A stretch of DNA of 64,000 nt, from NCBI GenBank assembly GCA_002269645.1, contig NIVC01000227.1, forward strand, positions 62,001 through 126,000, in the 5' to 3' direction. The notes beneath the pieces were generated by a model, which did not search any database, was not told the origin of the DNA, and saw only the letters and a list, made by a program, of their open reading frames with translations. The DNA comes from Macrostomum lignano (lineage: Eukaryota). The position numbers were made by a program, and so were the translations under genes. Position 1 is the stretch's first letter. Each line of letters opens with the position of its first letter. Positions 30,201-42,290 of this stretch are shown here, piece after piece.

Positions 30201-32422
30201 GCGACACCTTTGATATTTCCTATAATTAATCTTTGTGAGTACTTTAATTCGGCTCTAACTCGTTGCTCCAAATATTGTTCAATATTTTGAAATGCGAGAA
30301 GCATTTCTTTGACAAATATCTGTTTTAATTCCTGTTCGTTCCAAACGCTTTGTGTATTTTTCAATATTTTCATCCGAATAACTGGTGCCAACAATAATTG
30401 AACTCGAGCATGTAAATTATTTTGTTCGTTATTTTCGAAATAAGTTTTTTGTTAATAATTCTTCATCGCTGTTCGATATATTCGTGTTTTTGTTTTTCGT
30501 TTTTCAGTATTTTTTAGTAGAGGGGCGGGTGTGAAAGTGTGATTCGTAGAATCGTGTATCGTATTTCTTTATTTTCATACGCATACCGTACTACTACTGT
30601 ATTCTTCCATTTATTTTTAACAATATTCGTTCGTATTATTATCGCGCTATTTTTACTGTTAATTGCTTTGTTTTTGTAGCCTCGTATGTATTTATTCTAT
30701 TATTTGTATTTCATTCATATCGTTATTATTTCTCGTAAAGTAGTTCTACTTATGTACATGTACTGACGTATGTTTTCTTGCATGATATATTTATCGATTA
30801 AGTTGTACATGTACATTGCGCGTCGCGTGGGGGGGTTGTTTGTCTGGGTTTTGGATTAAGAGTGTTGTTGTTATCTGTTTACCTTTAAATATATATGCTT
30901 ACACTACAGTCAGCAGCCGCCTTCGCCCTTCCCCTTGCTTCGCTTCTCGACCTAGGCTCGCTAACCCTTAGCTGTGACGCTGTCTGGCCTCCTTACACCA
31001 ACTCCTCGCCGTCTACCTTGGCACACCAATTAGTTAATTAACTGATCCAGCAATTTTAAGTAGCACTAGCAAAAGTCTAAGGGTTGAAGCGGCTTGCCGA
31101 TCTGCTAACTAATCGTGAACTATAAAAATTAACCGCTACACAAATCCGTCTTATTCGCCTTATTCGTCACATTTCTTTATTTTTAAAAAACTATTTTAAA
31201 TTACTACTGTAGAAGAAAGATAAACAATGACTGTGTTTACTTTCATTATTTAAGGGAGTGTTCTTTTTGTTTTTAAATATCATGCCTTGTTTTTTTAACT
31301 AAACAATTGCTTTTCAAGTAAATGCTTTAATGTCTTTATTTGCCCATTTACAGCAGCAGATTTTTAAAGATTTCGCGCATCTTATAGAGACAGAGACAGA
31401 CAGGCTACGTACGCACTAGATAGCGCATGGTTTTTTATTTAATGTTCGTGTTTTATACATCGGTAAAAAGTAACTAAATCAATTGTATCTTAAAAATTAA
31501 GGTTTAATCCTTTTGAAAGAGTTTTAATACCAACTCTTGATAATTAGCTGAATTTTTTAAGTTCCACGAGCCAAGCCACGAGCCACTTTTCTCGTAGTTG
31601 TTCAGGGTAAGGGAAGGCCCACGTACCCAGTACTTTACTTAATAGACTAACCTTTTAAACAGTAAAACCTAAACTCAGACTGATAATGCTTAGACACAAT
31701 CGATAGCCTTATTCTACTCCTTTTCTATTCTTCAGATAGCCTTTCTATTCAGTGTTGAACAAATTTAGATTAATTATCATAAAAAGAAGCTAATATAATG
31801 TTTATTTTATTAAAAAAATAAACTGTAAAACTTTGATGTCATTTGACTATGCTAAATAATCAGTCTTGGTTTTACTTACCAAAATATTCTTATGGATTTT
31901 AATGTCAATGTTAAATATTTATTTCACTAGATTTTTTGTAGTTTGCAAGCCAGGTTATTTTATTTTCCATTTGTAGCTAATATTAATTTGACTATTAACT
32001 TGCGTTGTGAATCAATATAGTTTTTAGGTATTTATTATCAGTAAATATTATTCAAAAGTAAAGGAGTATCATGTTCACTCAGATAACATACTTAATGTTT
32101 CGGACATAGGACTACAAGCAGGAAGATATTCCAAAGAAATTTATTTTTTAGAACTGCATTCCAGTCTTTCTATATTATTATAGTGTTATGTAGTTAAAAC
32201 ATAATAAAGTACTTCCGGTAGACATCTCTCATCCAAAAATTGAGCTGTAAACAAAATAGATATTACAAAATTTGCTAAGCAAAAGTATTTGAATACATAA
32301 AGGCTTAGCTAGCTCGCATTAGTAAGAACCAAACATTTACTGCCTTCATCACACATGTGTTTCACCTAAAATTTACAATAAAGAATTTTACAATATCTGT
32401 AATTTTCAGAACTAATTTCAAC

Positions 32423-34925
32423 ATGACTGACAGCAAGAATATTTCAGTGGTGCTGCAGAGTGTTAACAATATAAAATTGGTAATAACAAATTGTTTTTGC
32501 GTCTTATATACTTTTAAGTCAAAGCATGTGGCTTCATTCACATAAAACAGTTCAATTTCGCAGGAGGAGCGCCCGATCCCGCGGCCCGGTCCCCGCCAAG
32601 TGCTGCTCCGCATGGACTCGGTGGGCATCTGCGGCTCCGACGTGCACTACTGGACGCACGGCGCCATCGGAGACTTTGTAGTCCGTCAGCCGATGGTGCT
32701 CGGACACGAGTCGGCCGGCGTGGTGACCGAGGTCGGCGCTGAAGTAGACAACCTCCGACCGGGCGATCGAGTCGCCGTCGAGCCCGGGATTCCGTGCCGA
32801 TTCTGCGACCTCTGCAAGTCGGGCAGGTACAACCTGTGCCCCGACGTGAAGTTCCTGGCAACTCCGCCGGTAGATGGTAGTCTCAGCGGGTGGCACGTGC
32901 ACGACGCCGACTTTTGCTTCCGTCTGCCGGATCACGTGTCGCTGGAGGAGGGCGCCCTGCTCGAGCCGCTCAGCGTCGGCGTCCACGCGTGCCGCAGGGC
33001 CGGAGTGACGCTCGGCAGCCGCGTGCTGATCTGCGGCGCTGGGCCAATCGGCCTCGTCAACCTGCTGACGGCTAGGGCTATGGGCGCCGACACGGTGATT
33101 CTGACCGACATCAACCCGCACCGACTCACCGTCGCCAAGGAGATGGGTGCCGACGCTACTCTTATTGCAACTGGGAGTAGGTTGATTTATGCAATTTTTT
33201 CTGATTTGGTCAATACCCTAGTGTGGCTTGGCTTGGCAAGCTGCCCCCATTACAATTATTTCACAGAGGCTTGAGATCATCTTTTTGACGTATGGGAACG
33301 TTTTAAATTCAAAGAGCTTGTTAGTTGCTCTTAGTGAAGATTTACTTTGCAATGTTGAACAGTTGAACTTTCTTAACTATCGGATTTGGTGGTAGCTTTT
33401 TTGCACGATCCGAAAGGCCTATAGGAGGCGCAGCTATTGAGATTGAAGTCCAATAAATAGACTGACGTACCTGATGGCTATACTTCTTCTTCACTTCACC
33501 AGATGCTGAGTCGCTAGTGAGCCAGGTCTGCGCTCTGTTTAACGGGCGCCGGCCTGACATTGTCATCGAATGCACCGGCGCTGAGGCCTCCGTCGGCCTC
33601 TCGGTGCGGGCTTGCCGTTCCGGCGGCTGCGTGGTGCTGGTCGGCCTCGGCAAGCCGGAGATTGTCCTACCAATCGTGCAGGCCAGCGTCCGCGAGGTGG
33701 ACATTCGCGGAGTTTTCCGCTACGCAAATTGTTATCCGGACGCGCTGTCGCTTGTGGCGCAAGGCCGAGTCAATATTAAGCCGCTGATTACGCATAGGTG
33801 AGACATCGTAGAAAATAATATCAACCTATAAAAAGCTTCTAAACCATTGTTTTAGATTTTTGCATCTTAAGAATGTTGTAACCCGGGTCGGCTTGGGTGC
33901 CCAGTCCCGAGTACAATATATATTATATGTGATATAACAGGCGTTGTGACGCTCTGTCTGTACTTTTATGAATACGACGAGCAGGCGTGGCGACGCTCTG
34001 CGATAATAATTCGATCCCTCTGGTGTTGTGACACTCAGAGTTCACGCTGCGGCTCGAGGTGTGGTGACACTCTCGAGTGCTTCTATTCTCTATACCGTAG
34101 GGCGTACGCAATATATATGGTAAACGGTACCGTACTACAGAAGCTATATGGTCTCCCGGCGTTATGACGCTCTGGCAAGAATTCGGCCTAGCAAGCTTCC
34201 CGGAAAGAAAGGACTCAAACAGCAGGCGGCTTACCAGTGGCCAGATGACTGTTCACCGTTTATTATTCGCAGGTCTCAAGCGCAGTTTCCGACTTCTTCT
34301 TAATTCTCCAAGACTCTTCTCAATTAGGCTATTGTGTTTCTTTTATCCAAGTAGCTAATGTTGCTGTTTCTTTTATCAAAGTAGCTAATGTTGCTGTTTC
34401 TTTTATCAGGTCTCGCGCTTGCACTCTCGGAGCACACCAAAACACAAAAAGCACGCAGGAGGTGGGCAAGAGCCAGAGTCGCACCATAAATAGCACCCAA
34501 ACCCTGGGGCAGACGGCCCCACCGGCTAAGCTCACCAAAACAAACCACGCCGGCCCAGCCAATCAAAACCCCGCCTAAGGGGGGAGGGGCTGCACCCGCG
34601 CCAAAGCTGGCCCGGCCGCAGCCAACCAGCCCTGAGCACGGGGCAGGGGCACGGCTGGGGAGGGGCACGCGCAAAGCCCGGCCGGCGGCCAAACCCTGCC
34701 ACGCCCGCCAACCCCCCCAACCAGCCCCAAAGTGCAACGCGCCCTGCCAACTGACAAGGGCGCATGCACTACAAGAAATTAGCTATATTACCTTTGTCAT
34801 TACCACCTGATCTCTATTTGCTCGGCGTCAGGTTTCCCTTGTCGAAAAGTGTGGACGCATTCGAGACGGCTAAAACAGGCGCCGGAAATGCCATCAAAGT
34901 GATCATCAAGTGTCAGGAGAATTGA
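32423..34925 (+). CDS. SORD: Sorbitol dehydrogenase (zinc-dependent MDR family), copy 1, ~352 aa
   Basis: Exons 32423-32479, 32564-33176, 33503-33797 and 34832-34925 are phase-compatible. Motifs: [55 protein letters not shown]. Confidence 0.93.
33874..34773 (-). mobile_element. Solo LTR (900 bp, TG..CA, 4-bp TSD AGAA) in SORD copy 1 intron 3
   Basis: Starts tgttgtaacc and ends gcactaca. agaa occurs at 33870-33873 and 34774-34777. CCAAT (34560) and TATA-like elements suggest antisense orientation (inference). Confidence 0.7.
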
Positions 34926-35711
34926 AACTACAATGGAGAAACGCGGAAACCAAAAATAACTATTAGCACTGGTGATTGTATTTATTGTATTTACGTATGT
35001 TGCGTTTTCTCGCTAAGTAAATTACATTAAATCGCTGATTCTTATGTAGATGCAATAGCTAAAAAACTATACGGCCCGTGGTACCCGGTCGGAAAATCTA
35101 CTGTTTTAGTATTACTATATACATTCACTATCCAACTATTCTAAATGTCTAAGATTTGTCTGTCCGGATGTAACGCTCTAGAGATTGCAATTCTTGACCA
35201 ATTTTGATCGTGTTTTCGCCAAAATCTATATAACTAAAAATACTATACTAATGCTTTATTATACGTACTGTACTTTTTAGTTATGGAAATTAGCATGCTT
35301 TAGATTGCTATTATTTGCCGTGTTAAAACATCTTTATTGTTAAACTTTGCTACCTAAAAATCAATAGCTAAGTACACGCGCGTGTTAATTAAATTAAGGG
35401 AATTTAATGGCGAGTAATCAATTCTCTGTAAGAATTCTTTTGCACTAATCTACTTTTTAGGGTTATTTAGGCACAGTCAGATTGTTTATTAACATGTTTT
35501 AAAAATGATGGTGTTCGTATTTTGTAATAGCAGTATCACAACATTGTCAAGTTCCGCAGGCAATTCTATCACTAGTTTTGAATTTGTTTGTTATTATTAT
35601 TTGTTGCTTTTTAGTTTTTAAGAAAGCGAGCAAAATTTATTAACTTATTTGCTCTTTTTGAGTGTATTTTACCGTAAACTAAACCATTTTTGTAGTTATA
35701 TTTCATAGTTG

Positions 35712-36035
35712 CAGGGGTCAGCCAACTTTTTATATCAATAGCCAGATAAAGAGTCTAGAGATCAGTACTGCAGGCCACGTGAGAAGAGAGGAATAGGGAA
35801 TAGAGGAGAGGGAAGACGAAAGAGAGGAGGAAAAATAAGATAGAGATAAGATAAGAGATTATAAAAGGTGAGAGGCGAGATGAGAGATGCGATGAGAGGA
35901 GCGGAAAGATAGAAGAGGGGAGAGACAACTGAGAAGAGACACAAACCTTAAGCGGGATAGATTGCTATTGTGAAGTTTCAAAGGACCCGAGGGCCAGATA
36001 GAGAGGCCTCGCGGGCCGGAGTTTGCCGACTCCTG
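35712..36035. mobile_element. hAT-like MITE
   Basis: Terminal caggggtcagccaac pairs with gtttgccgactcctg, and the subterminal ggcctcgcgggcc is present. The TSD is not clean. A related partial copy ends at 40044 (ggcccgcgggccagagttgccaactcctg). Confidence 0.6.
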
Positions 36036-36166
36036 CATTACAGGTAGCGCTGATCTATAGAAAGTGTCAAGAAACTAATTATGCTTCACTATTGTTTGAG
36101 ACAGTTACTGTCTATACAATTTTGTACGAAACTCGCAAATCTCCACCTCTACACTTTGGTTTACAG

Positions 36167-39100
36167 ATGTCCGCTGAAAAGAACATTGCCGTTGTGCTTC
36201 GACGCGCGAATGAAATTGTATTGGTAAGGCAATTCTTGAGTGACTAATTTAATGTTTAGTTTTCGAATAATTGGATTTACGTATGCCCGTAGTTATCATA
36301 TTAACTTACCTGGGAGACTTTGGTACACATGCAATAAAACCATGCATATAGCTATGGCACGACTTGATGTTCCAAATTTGTCCAATTCAAGGAAGTTGTG
36401 GTCTACATGCTAAAAGTCAGTTAAATCTCAAATGCTTGGCGAGAAAGTTCAATTCCATTGCTATAACAACAACTCGTGCGCCAAGTTCGCACTCATCTAT
36501 TCGAGTGTGAACGGAGCCTACGACCAGAATGATCCGTTTTGATGCTGTAATCTCTAGATTAATAAATCTTTCAATCAACAGTCCAGATAGTAAAATCTGC
36601 CATGTCCGACACGCACATCGCAGGAGGAGCGCCCGATCCCGCGGCCCGGTCCCCGCCAAGTGCTGCTCCGCATGGACTCGGTGGGTATCTGCGGCTCCGA
36701 CGTGCACTACTGGACGCACGGCGCCATCGGAGACTTTGTAGTCCGTCAGCCGATGGTGCTCGGACACGAGTCGGCCGGCGTGGTGACCGAGGTCGGCGCT
36801 GAAGTAGACAGCCTCCGACCGGGCGATCGAGTCGCCGTCGAGCCCGGGATTCCGTGCCGATTCTGCGACCTCTGCAAGTCGGGCAGGTACAACCTGTGCC
36901 CTGACGTGAAGTTCCTGGCCACTCCGCCGGTAGACGGTAGCCTCAGTGGGTGGCACGTGCACGACGCCGACTTTTGCTTCCGTCTGCCGGATCACGTGTC
37001 GCTGGAGGAGGGCGCCCTGCTCGAGCCGCTCAGCGTCGGCGTCCACGCGTGCCGCAGGGCCGGAGTGACGCTCGGCAGCCGCGTGCTGATCTGCGGCGCT
37101 GGGCCAATCGGCCTCGTCAACCTGCTGACGGCTAAGGCTATGGGCGCCGACACGGTGATTCTGACCGACATCAACCCGCACCGACTCACCGTCGCCAAAG
37201 AGATGGGTGCCGACGGTACGCTACTGGTCACTGAGTCTCAGAGTAAGTGCAGTTGTATCATTGAATTGTAAGCGCATGTGGCGATGTGGCTTAACTTTTT
37301 GCTAAAATTCCTGCTATATTAGATTGTATAGCTAGTATATAGTACATCGATCGAGCTTCTTATGATATTATTGAATTTTTGGATCTAGTAGACTGATATA
37401 AATTGGTTTCGTTACTTCCAATACTGCTGATTTTTTTCGGATTCTAAAAGTTACTATAGTACTCTATAGTACACGCAATGACACCCTACCCTACCCATGT
37501 TATGGTTTGGACGATTTTATGCAGCTACGGTTGATTAAGCAAAATTAGTTGTCTTCCCAAGTACAGTACTTTAAAGTGGTCCAGCACCTGCTCGAATTCA
37601 AGGCAAATTAGCTGGCCTTGTCTTGCGTTTGATCATTTGATAAGGTTTTCTAGCGCTAATTGCTGGTGGGGACGTTCGTGAAGTTGTTGTGGAGTTTGAA
37701 AGGCATGATAGCACAGGTGGTTCCCCTGAGCAGATTTCTGCTCGTTGCATTTGGCTGGATCTTCTCTACTGATATGGCAACAGGCTAAGCTGCGAGTATT
37801 AGATATCTATGGCCCCAGATAAGCCGACCAACAGCACTGTGACTTTAGCCATGCCTGTAGAACCTTGTGAGCAAAGTGCCTTCTCAATACTATAACTGCC
37901 TTAACTGCCTTCTGTGGAAGAGTTGGCTACAGTGCAGCACGTACTGCATTGAATTACCAATGTTGGGGGAGTGTCTCGTATTTTCAACTCTATCTCAAGA
38001 TCTCAAGACTCATTCACACCGCCAACAAATCACGCGTCTCGTGCAAGAAAACTACACAAATTTGATCTTCTTTCACGGTTTAAAACGCGTCTTTATTGTG
38101 AACACGAACAACAAAGAAAAATGATCTTCTTTACATGTAGAAATATCTTACATATTGAAGACATATTTGTGATGAGGACACACAATTCTTAATTCACATA
38201 TTAACAGCATAAGGCTACTAGCAGTAGTAGGCCGCCAGTGTTTTTAGCCACTTTTCCTCTCTGATATGGGAATTCTAATTATTGTTAAATTTATGATTGT
38301 TTATTGTTTTTGTCTAGGTCACTTTGCGCTCTCTTTAGAATTTTAAGTAGCTCTTTTCGGGTTTGTTAATCTTTTCTTGACAGCTTTTGTTTGGAGTCTA
38401 ATCTTGGTGCCAGACAGTCTAGAAAAGTCACAAATCACAAGCTTTCGACTGTTTTCTCGCGATTTGGACAGCTAGGTCACAATGGTTTAATTTATTAGAT
38501 CGCGATCAGGGACTTCTAGAAATAACACCACTGAGATGCCATTGTGATTCTATTTTTAGAAGTCCCTAGATCGATCTAGCTTATTATATTGTTGTTTAGT
38601 AGATTTCAAAGATGTCTTAGAGATCTGTTTCATAGACTAAAAGTGCTCATTTTGGATATGTTCAAGTTGTCCTTGGATATGTTGGATTAGCCATATTAAC
38701 GCTAAATGAGCTTTCCAAAGGAATCGCAGGTGATGGCTGAATTTAACGAAATTTTTGCTGGAACACCAACCAAAACCAATTAACGAGCCAAAAACTTTAC
38801 TACTATTCAAAGAGCTCTGCAGACACTTCCAGCCTTCCTAATTACATGTACGTAGTGCAAACGTTCTTTGACTCTTAACTCACAACTTGCTTAAGAATCA
38901 GCCTGATAGAATCCTATCTGGAAAATTCTACATGTACCTCCAGGCGTCGAGTCGCAAGTTGCCGCGGTGAATCGTCTCTTCGGCGATCGCCAACCGGACG
39001 CGGCCATCGAGTGCACCGGCTCAGTAGATGCGGTGCGGCTCTCGCTGCTCTCCTGCAAGCCGGGCGGCTGCCTCATTACAGTTGGCCGCGGTCGGGTTCG

Positions 39101-40325
39101 CGAGATGCCGCTGCCATTAGCTCAGACGGCCGTCGTTCGCGAGGTGGAAATTCGCGGCGTGTTCCGCTACGCCAACTGCTACGCGGACGCGCTGTCTCTG
39201 GTGGCAAGAGGCGCAGTTGATGTTCGAAGACTTATAACGCACAGGTGAGAAGGAATTGGTGGGGGCTGAGTAGCCCAGAGTTATATTAAAACATTCACTT
39301 GAGACATTTACAAGCTAGCCGATGAGAAACTCATAAGAAAAATGTGTATGCCTTCGGACAGTTTACAATCATGTACATGTCACCATGTGCATGCAGCTCG
39401 GCTCTCCAAAATGGCCATAGCTGCTTGTGGCAACGCTGGCCGCCAGGTTGTGTTACCGGAAATGGAAACACCTTCCAATGCAAAAGACTGACAAAATGCC
39501 ATATAAAACCCTGTTAAAACCCAGCAAGTAGCTTCGCCTTTTGACCTGACTTTTTCTCCTTTGTTCGCCCTCGCTCAGTCTTGCACTTGCGTTAAATAAC
39601 CTTCAGCCCCAATAGACAGTCTCAGAAGATAATGGAACTACTCTGAATTGATAAATTCACTCGACTTCTAGCAAAGGACAACGCCCACCTCCATACACCA
39701 GATCCAATAGCCCAGACAACAGACCCTCAGATTGACTCTCTTTTGTAAGCTAACATCACAACGGATTGTCAACTCCTACAGCGACAGAGCCACGTTCGTG
39801 AGAGTCCCAGGCTGTCAAGATAAATTAAAATATTTCACCTTCACGAACCACATGAGGAGTCGGCGTCGGCAAACTTTTTACCTTAAAGGCCAGATAGAGA
39901 ACCGAGCGCATGTCTGTGAGCCAGAGAATAGGAGAGAGGATAGAAGAGATTAGAGAGGAGCTGAGAAGAGACATGAGAAGGGCCGGGCCGGATGGAGGCT
40001 ATGCATGCCGCAAGTGGCCCGCGGGCCAGAGTTGCCAACTCCTGAACTACTTCGTACATCGAAGAAACAATTATCTCGTTACTTACTACTGGTATGAAGG
40101 CTCGTTCACAGTACAGACAAAATGCTAAAGACCTGTGACTTATTGATTCATTGGATAACAATGTGACAAAGCAAAAATAGTAACAAATACTGTATTTAAA
40201 AATAAATTTCCCCGACGCTGAATTTTAGATATCCTCTGGACCGAAGTGAAGAAGCGTTTGAGACGTCAAGAACGGCGGCTGGCAATGCAATCAAAGTGAT
40301 GATCAAGTGCCAGGATTTCGCCTAA
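36167..40325 (+). CDS. SORD: Sorbitol dehydrogenase, tandem copy 2, ~357 aa
   Basis: Exons 36167-36223, 36624-37242, 38944-39244 and 40229-40325 are phase-compatible, with the same intron positions and motifs as copy 1. AATAAA at ~40358. Confidence 0.93.
39860..40044. mobile_element. Partial hAT-like MITE in SORD copy 2 intron 3
   Basis: The right TIR and AG-rich body resemble 35712-36035. The left TIR was not found. Confidence 0.45.
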
Positions 40326-40871
40326 CGAGTTGGTTGACAGTCGAAGATGTCACAACAATAAACAAACATTTAGCAAGGCAGGTTGTACCGAAAAGAATAT
40401 ATTACGTAGATAGAAGGTTTACATTTCTTCAGCGAATAAGAAACCTTTATTCTCCGTAATGCACTTTTCGGTAGCTGCCTTCTAAAAATTTCCCAAGAAA
40501 GGTAGTTTCCCGAAGAAAGCTTTCGAGATTAGCCTTGAGTTATTTTACATTTGCATGCAAAATAAAGTGCAATTTATCTGACCACAAACTTTCTGTTGCC
40601 AAATCTAAGCATTCCAAATCATAAAGATGACCTAAATATACTGGCTTGACGACACATAGCGAAATAATATCTGCCACAAAAGTACCAGACAAAGAGTACT
40701 CTCGCAAAATTGATTTCCTGCATACAAATGCACAAATTATGAATTTAATTTATAAAGGGTATATATTTTACTCAATCTAGCTAGGATTGTTACAATAAAA
40801 CAACTAATTAGCATAAGGGTTGCCAACAAAACTCAGACAATGAGAATACTATCGTATTGAACCGTAGTCAG

Positions 40872-41171
40872 TTATCCCCAGATGGTCTTCGCTGAGCTGG
40901 GAGGCGCCTGCTGCCGAGAATCCGCCATTCTCGACAGCAAATTAGGCAGATCGGCAGATAAACGGCTGCTGGCATCCAGGTATCGCTCAACGCAATTAGC
41001 AATACACCTGCTAGTTTTTGCTTCCATCTTGGCGGTAGCTTTCACATCGCACCGATCCCAGCAGTGCTCGGTGAATTTGGCCACATTGGCCTGGAATTCT
41101 TGCTGCTGCTTCATGGCTAGCAGCTGCCTCTGCATAGTTGGATCACGGAGGACGCTGCTGGCTGAGGACAT
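40872..41171 (-). CDS. TIMM8: Mitochondrial intermembrane-space small Tim chaperone, Tim8-like, 99 aa
   Basis: Twin CX3C motifs (CWDRC..CIANC) in the context QQEFQANVAKFTEHCWDRC..CIANCVERYLDAS. ATG at 41171, just after a tttcag acceptor. Confidence 0.85.
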   Translation of the reverse strand: MSSASSVLRDPTMQRQLLAMKQQQEFQANVAKFTEHCWDRCDVKATAKMEAKTSRCIANCVERYLDASSRLSADLPNLLSRMADSRQQAPPSSAKTIWG

Positions 41172-41859
41172 TCTAAACTGAAAAATGTGTATTGATATAT
41201 ACATGCGCTCTATTACTGGATCAAATTTTGGATTACTAAATTTCTAGTGTTGGTAGTGCAGCTTCTATTACTACTATGAGTAGCAGCGCTACAAATAAAT
41301 AACCTGATTATAGCATTAATTTGGATATATGTCCTTTATAGCTTTATATCTTGTAATGAAGCTGTCTGCTAGAAATTTTACTATTTAAAAAGGAAAAGAT
41401 AATAGCTAAATCATTGAGGTTTCTGGGGCTCAGCACATCTAATATATACCCTAGATACCTAAATCACTGTAATACAAATCAAATGACATATTAGCAAATA
41501 TTTAAATTAAATACAAAAATTTGTTAGTGTTGCCCAATGGCTCAAGCTATTGGTGTGCAAAATATGGGATCATTTCACATTCTATGCATTTATATCTAAG
41601 AATTAGAAGGCACAAGCAATCAGCACCTCTTGTTGGAGGGGGCAACAAGAAGGAATATTTTTTAAATAAAATATGTTGCTTTATTTGACATTGTACAATC
41701 ACTATTTCTAGCATTCTAAGGAAAAGTGTTTAAAGCAAAAAGCATCAGTCTTAAAAGCCAGCTATCCAGCCTAAGATATCAGTATCCCTATAAGCTTTGG
41801 CATCAAAGTCATGGCTTAAACCCAACTCTCCCTTTGATCTGCCTTTGGCTTGGCCAACC

Positions 41860-42290
41860 AACAACTTTCAATTGACCCATGGAATCTTAGCAACTCTACT
41901 CGTAAGCCTTGATATTTGTAGCAATTTTCCAAAATGAACCTTGAAATCTTAGAAACTCTAAATTGCCATAGCATTTCAGTAATTCTCCCATGAGCCTTGA
42001 CATCTCATAAATCCATTTATAAGCCTTGCTGATATCTTAGCAATTTTTCAAAATGAACCTTGGTATCTTAGCAATTTGCTTTAAAAGCCACAGCATTTCA
42101 ATAATTCCCTACCACAAGCCTTGACTTCTTATTAATTTCTACTATAAGCCTTGATATCTTATCAAAGTTCTAAAAAAGCCTTGACTTTTAAGAAAAGCGT
42201 ACATGAGCCTTGACATCTTAGAAATTTCTTTACAAGCCTTTAAAACTTAGCAATTTTTTCTATAAGTGTCAAAACCTAAGCAATTCTCCC
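41860..42290. repeat. Degenerate tandem repeat (agccttgacatcttagcaatttt-like)
   Basis: Recurring agccttga..tcttag.aatttt units in AT-rich DNA. Confidence 0.55.

Noticed and set aside
36301-36320. U1 snRNA-like ACTTACCTGG (also at 60532)
   Set aside because: Only the ~10-nt splice-site complement matches, with no U1 body. The 60532 copy is simply a minus-strand donor.
32552-37181. Antisense ORFs over SORD exon 2 (189 and 254 aa)
   Set aside because: These are shadow ORFs of GC-rich coding sequence, duplicated along with the exon.
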